Sequence record: OZ195776.1
Direction: 5' to 3' (one strand)
Length of the DNA stretch: 64,000 nt
Shown here: in pieces, positions 63,176 through 64,000 of the stretch
Layout: each line of letters starts with the position of its first letter
How positions within the stretch are numbered: position 1 is the stretch's first letter
The notes under the pieces: model-generated
Databases searched by the model: none
Told to the model about the DNA's origin: nothing
Seen by the model: the letters and a program-made list of their open reading frames with translations, nothing else
Program-made: the position numbers and the translations under genes

Positions 63176-64000
63176 ATGGCTGGAGAAGGCACCAACACAA
63201 TTGGGCACGTAAGAGACGGTGCCCAGTATATCACACTTACGCCGTTCACGTCAGCAGGCAAGGCATTCGAAGCTGGTGGTGATGTGCAAAGCATAATGGA
63301 GCGATTCGTTCCATCATCGTTGGAGCCGTATCCTGTACCAGGTGATTCGAACTTCCGCGAAGCTGGTTTTGTACGCATCGCAACTGTAGCTGAGGCAGTC
63401 GCTCGCGAATCGGTTACGAGTGTGATGTCACCAAAGAAGTTAAACGATTTGAAGCTGGCGATATCACCCCCGCCAGCTAACTCATACGGATTTCCTAGAT
63501 TAGTATCTGCCGGTGATTTGGATCGTGATTACGCAACATCTGATGGCGAAAAGACAATCCCTTGGAGTCGTTTGTGGGACCTTCGAGGAACTCGACCTGC
63601 GATTACAGATGATTCTGGTAATGATTCTGGCATCGGTGGTACGCCATCTCTAGCTGGATTTACTCGACTAGCAAATACATCAGAATCGCTGACGTACGCG
63701 ACCAACCTATCAATTAGCCCTCGTAATACTTGGGCATTGGTAAATCAAGAAATTCTAACTCGTTGGAATGACGCTCTTGAGACGGACACTGGTATTATTC
63801 GAGGTATTGCTCCAGGCGATGCAAGAAAAGCGGACGTTAGCATTGGATTGACAAACCGAGGTTTGGATTACATGCGCGCTACGCCATCAATCAAATCTCC
63901 ATTTTATCTTCCAGACAATAACGTTGATCGAGAAGACCCACTAGCAGATCAAACCGCGATTACTCCTGGAACAATCAGCACAATTCAAGCAACAGATACG
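63176..64000 (+). CDS. 12: Short tail fibre gp12 (3'-truncated)
   Basis: ATG 63176 after the gp11 stop; MAGEGTNTIGHVRDGAQY; GFVRIATVAEA...SPKKL gp12-type repeats. Confidence 0.8.
   Translation, partial: MAGEGTNTIGHVRDGAQYITLTPFTSAGKAFEAGGDVQSIMERFVPSSLEPYPVPGDSNFREAGFVRIATVAEAVARESVTSVMSPKKLNDLKLAISPPPANSYGFPRLVSAGDLDRDYATSDGEKTIPWSRLWDLRGTRPAITDDSGNDSGIGGTPSLAGFTRLANTSESLTYATNLSISPRNTWALVNQEILTRWNDALETDTGIIRGIAPGDARKADVSIGLTNRGLDYMRATPSIKSPFYLPDNNVDREDPLADQTAITPGTISTIQATDT

Overview
64 kb segment of a large T4-like myophage (Straboviridae). Gene content (QueE, PhoH, Sir2, lysozyme-less gp5, large tRNA cluster) and gene order resemble KVP40/nt-1-type vibriophages; the taxonomy is inferred. 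Layout: (1) 1-9.6 kb, + strand: gp2, topoisomerase gp52 and accessory genes (QueE, M15 peptidase, PhoH), including an RlmN-like radical SAM gene whose catalytic C-terminal Cys segment is split off as a separate, internally duplicated peptide. (2) 9.6-20 kb, - strand: four tail-fibre/lectin genes. (3) 20-29.5 kb: accessory genes (Ro/TROVE-like vWA, cyclic-phosphate receiver domain, Sir2). (4) 29.6-38 kb, - strand: 25 intact tRNAs, a tRNA(CAU) split by an HNH gene, five tRNAs carrying a conserved 45-51 nt intron-like insert, two permuted intron-exon arrangements of the same element, and several unassigned structured RNAs. (5) 38-64 kb: putative capsid-targeted paralogs, Acb1/gp57B, gp57A, gp3, tape measure, gp26/gp51 (probable -1 frameshift), gp54, gp4, and baseplate genes 48, 53, 27, 5, 5.1, 5.4, 25, 6-11 and 12 (partial). 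Best candidates for new biology are the tRNA mini-intron family with its permuted forms, and the split RlmN-like enzyme plus Cys-carrier peptide. All calls are from reading the sequence; no database searches were run.
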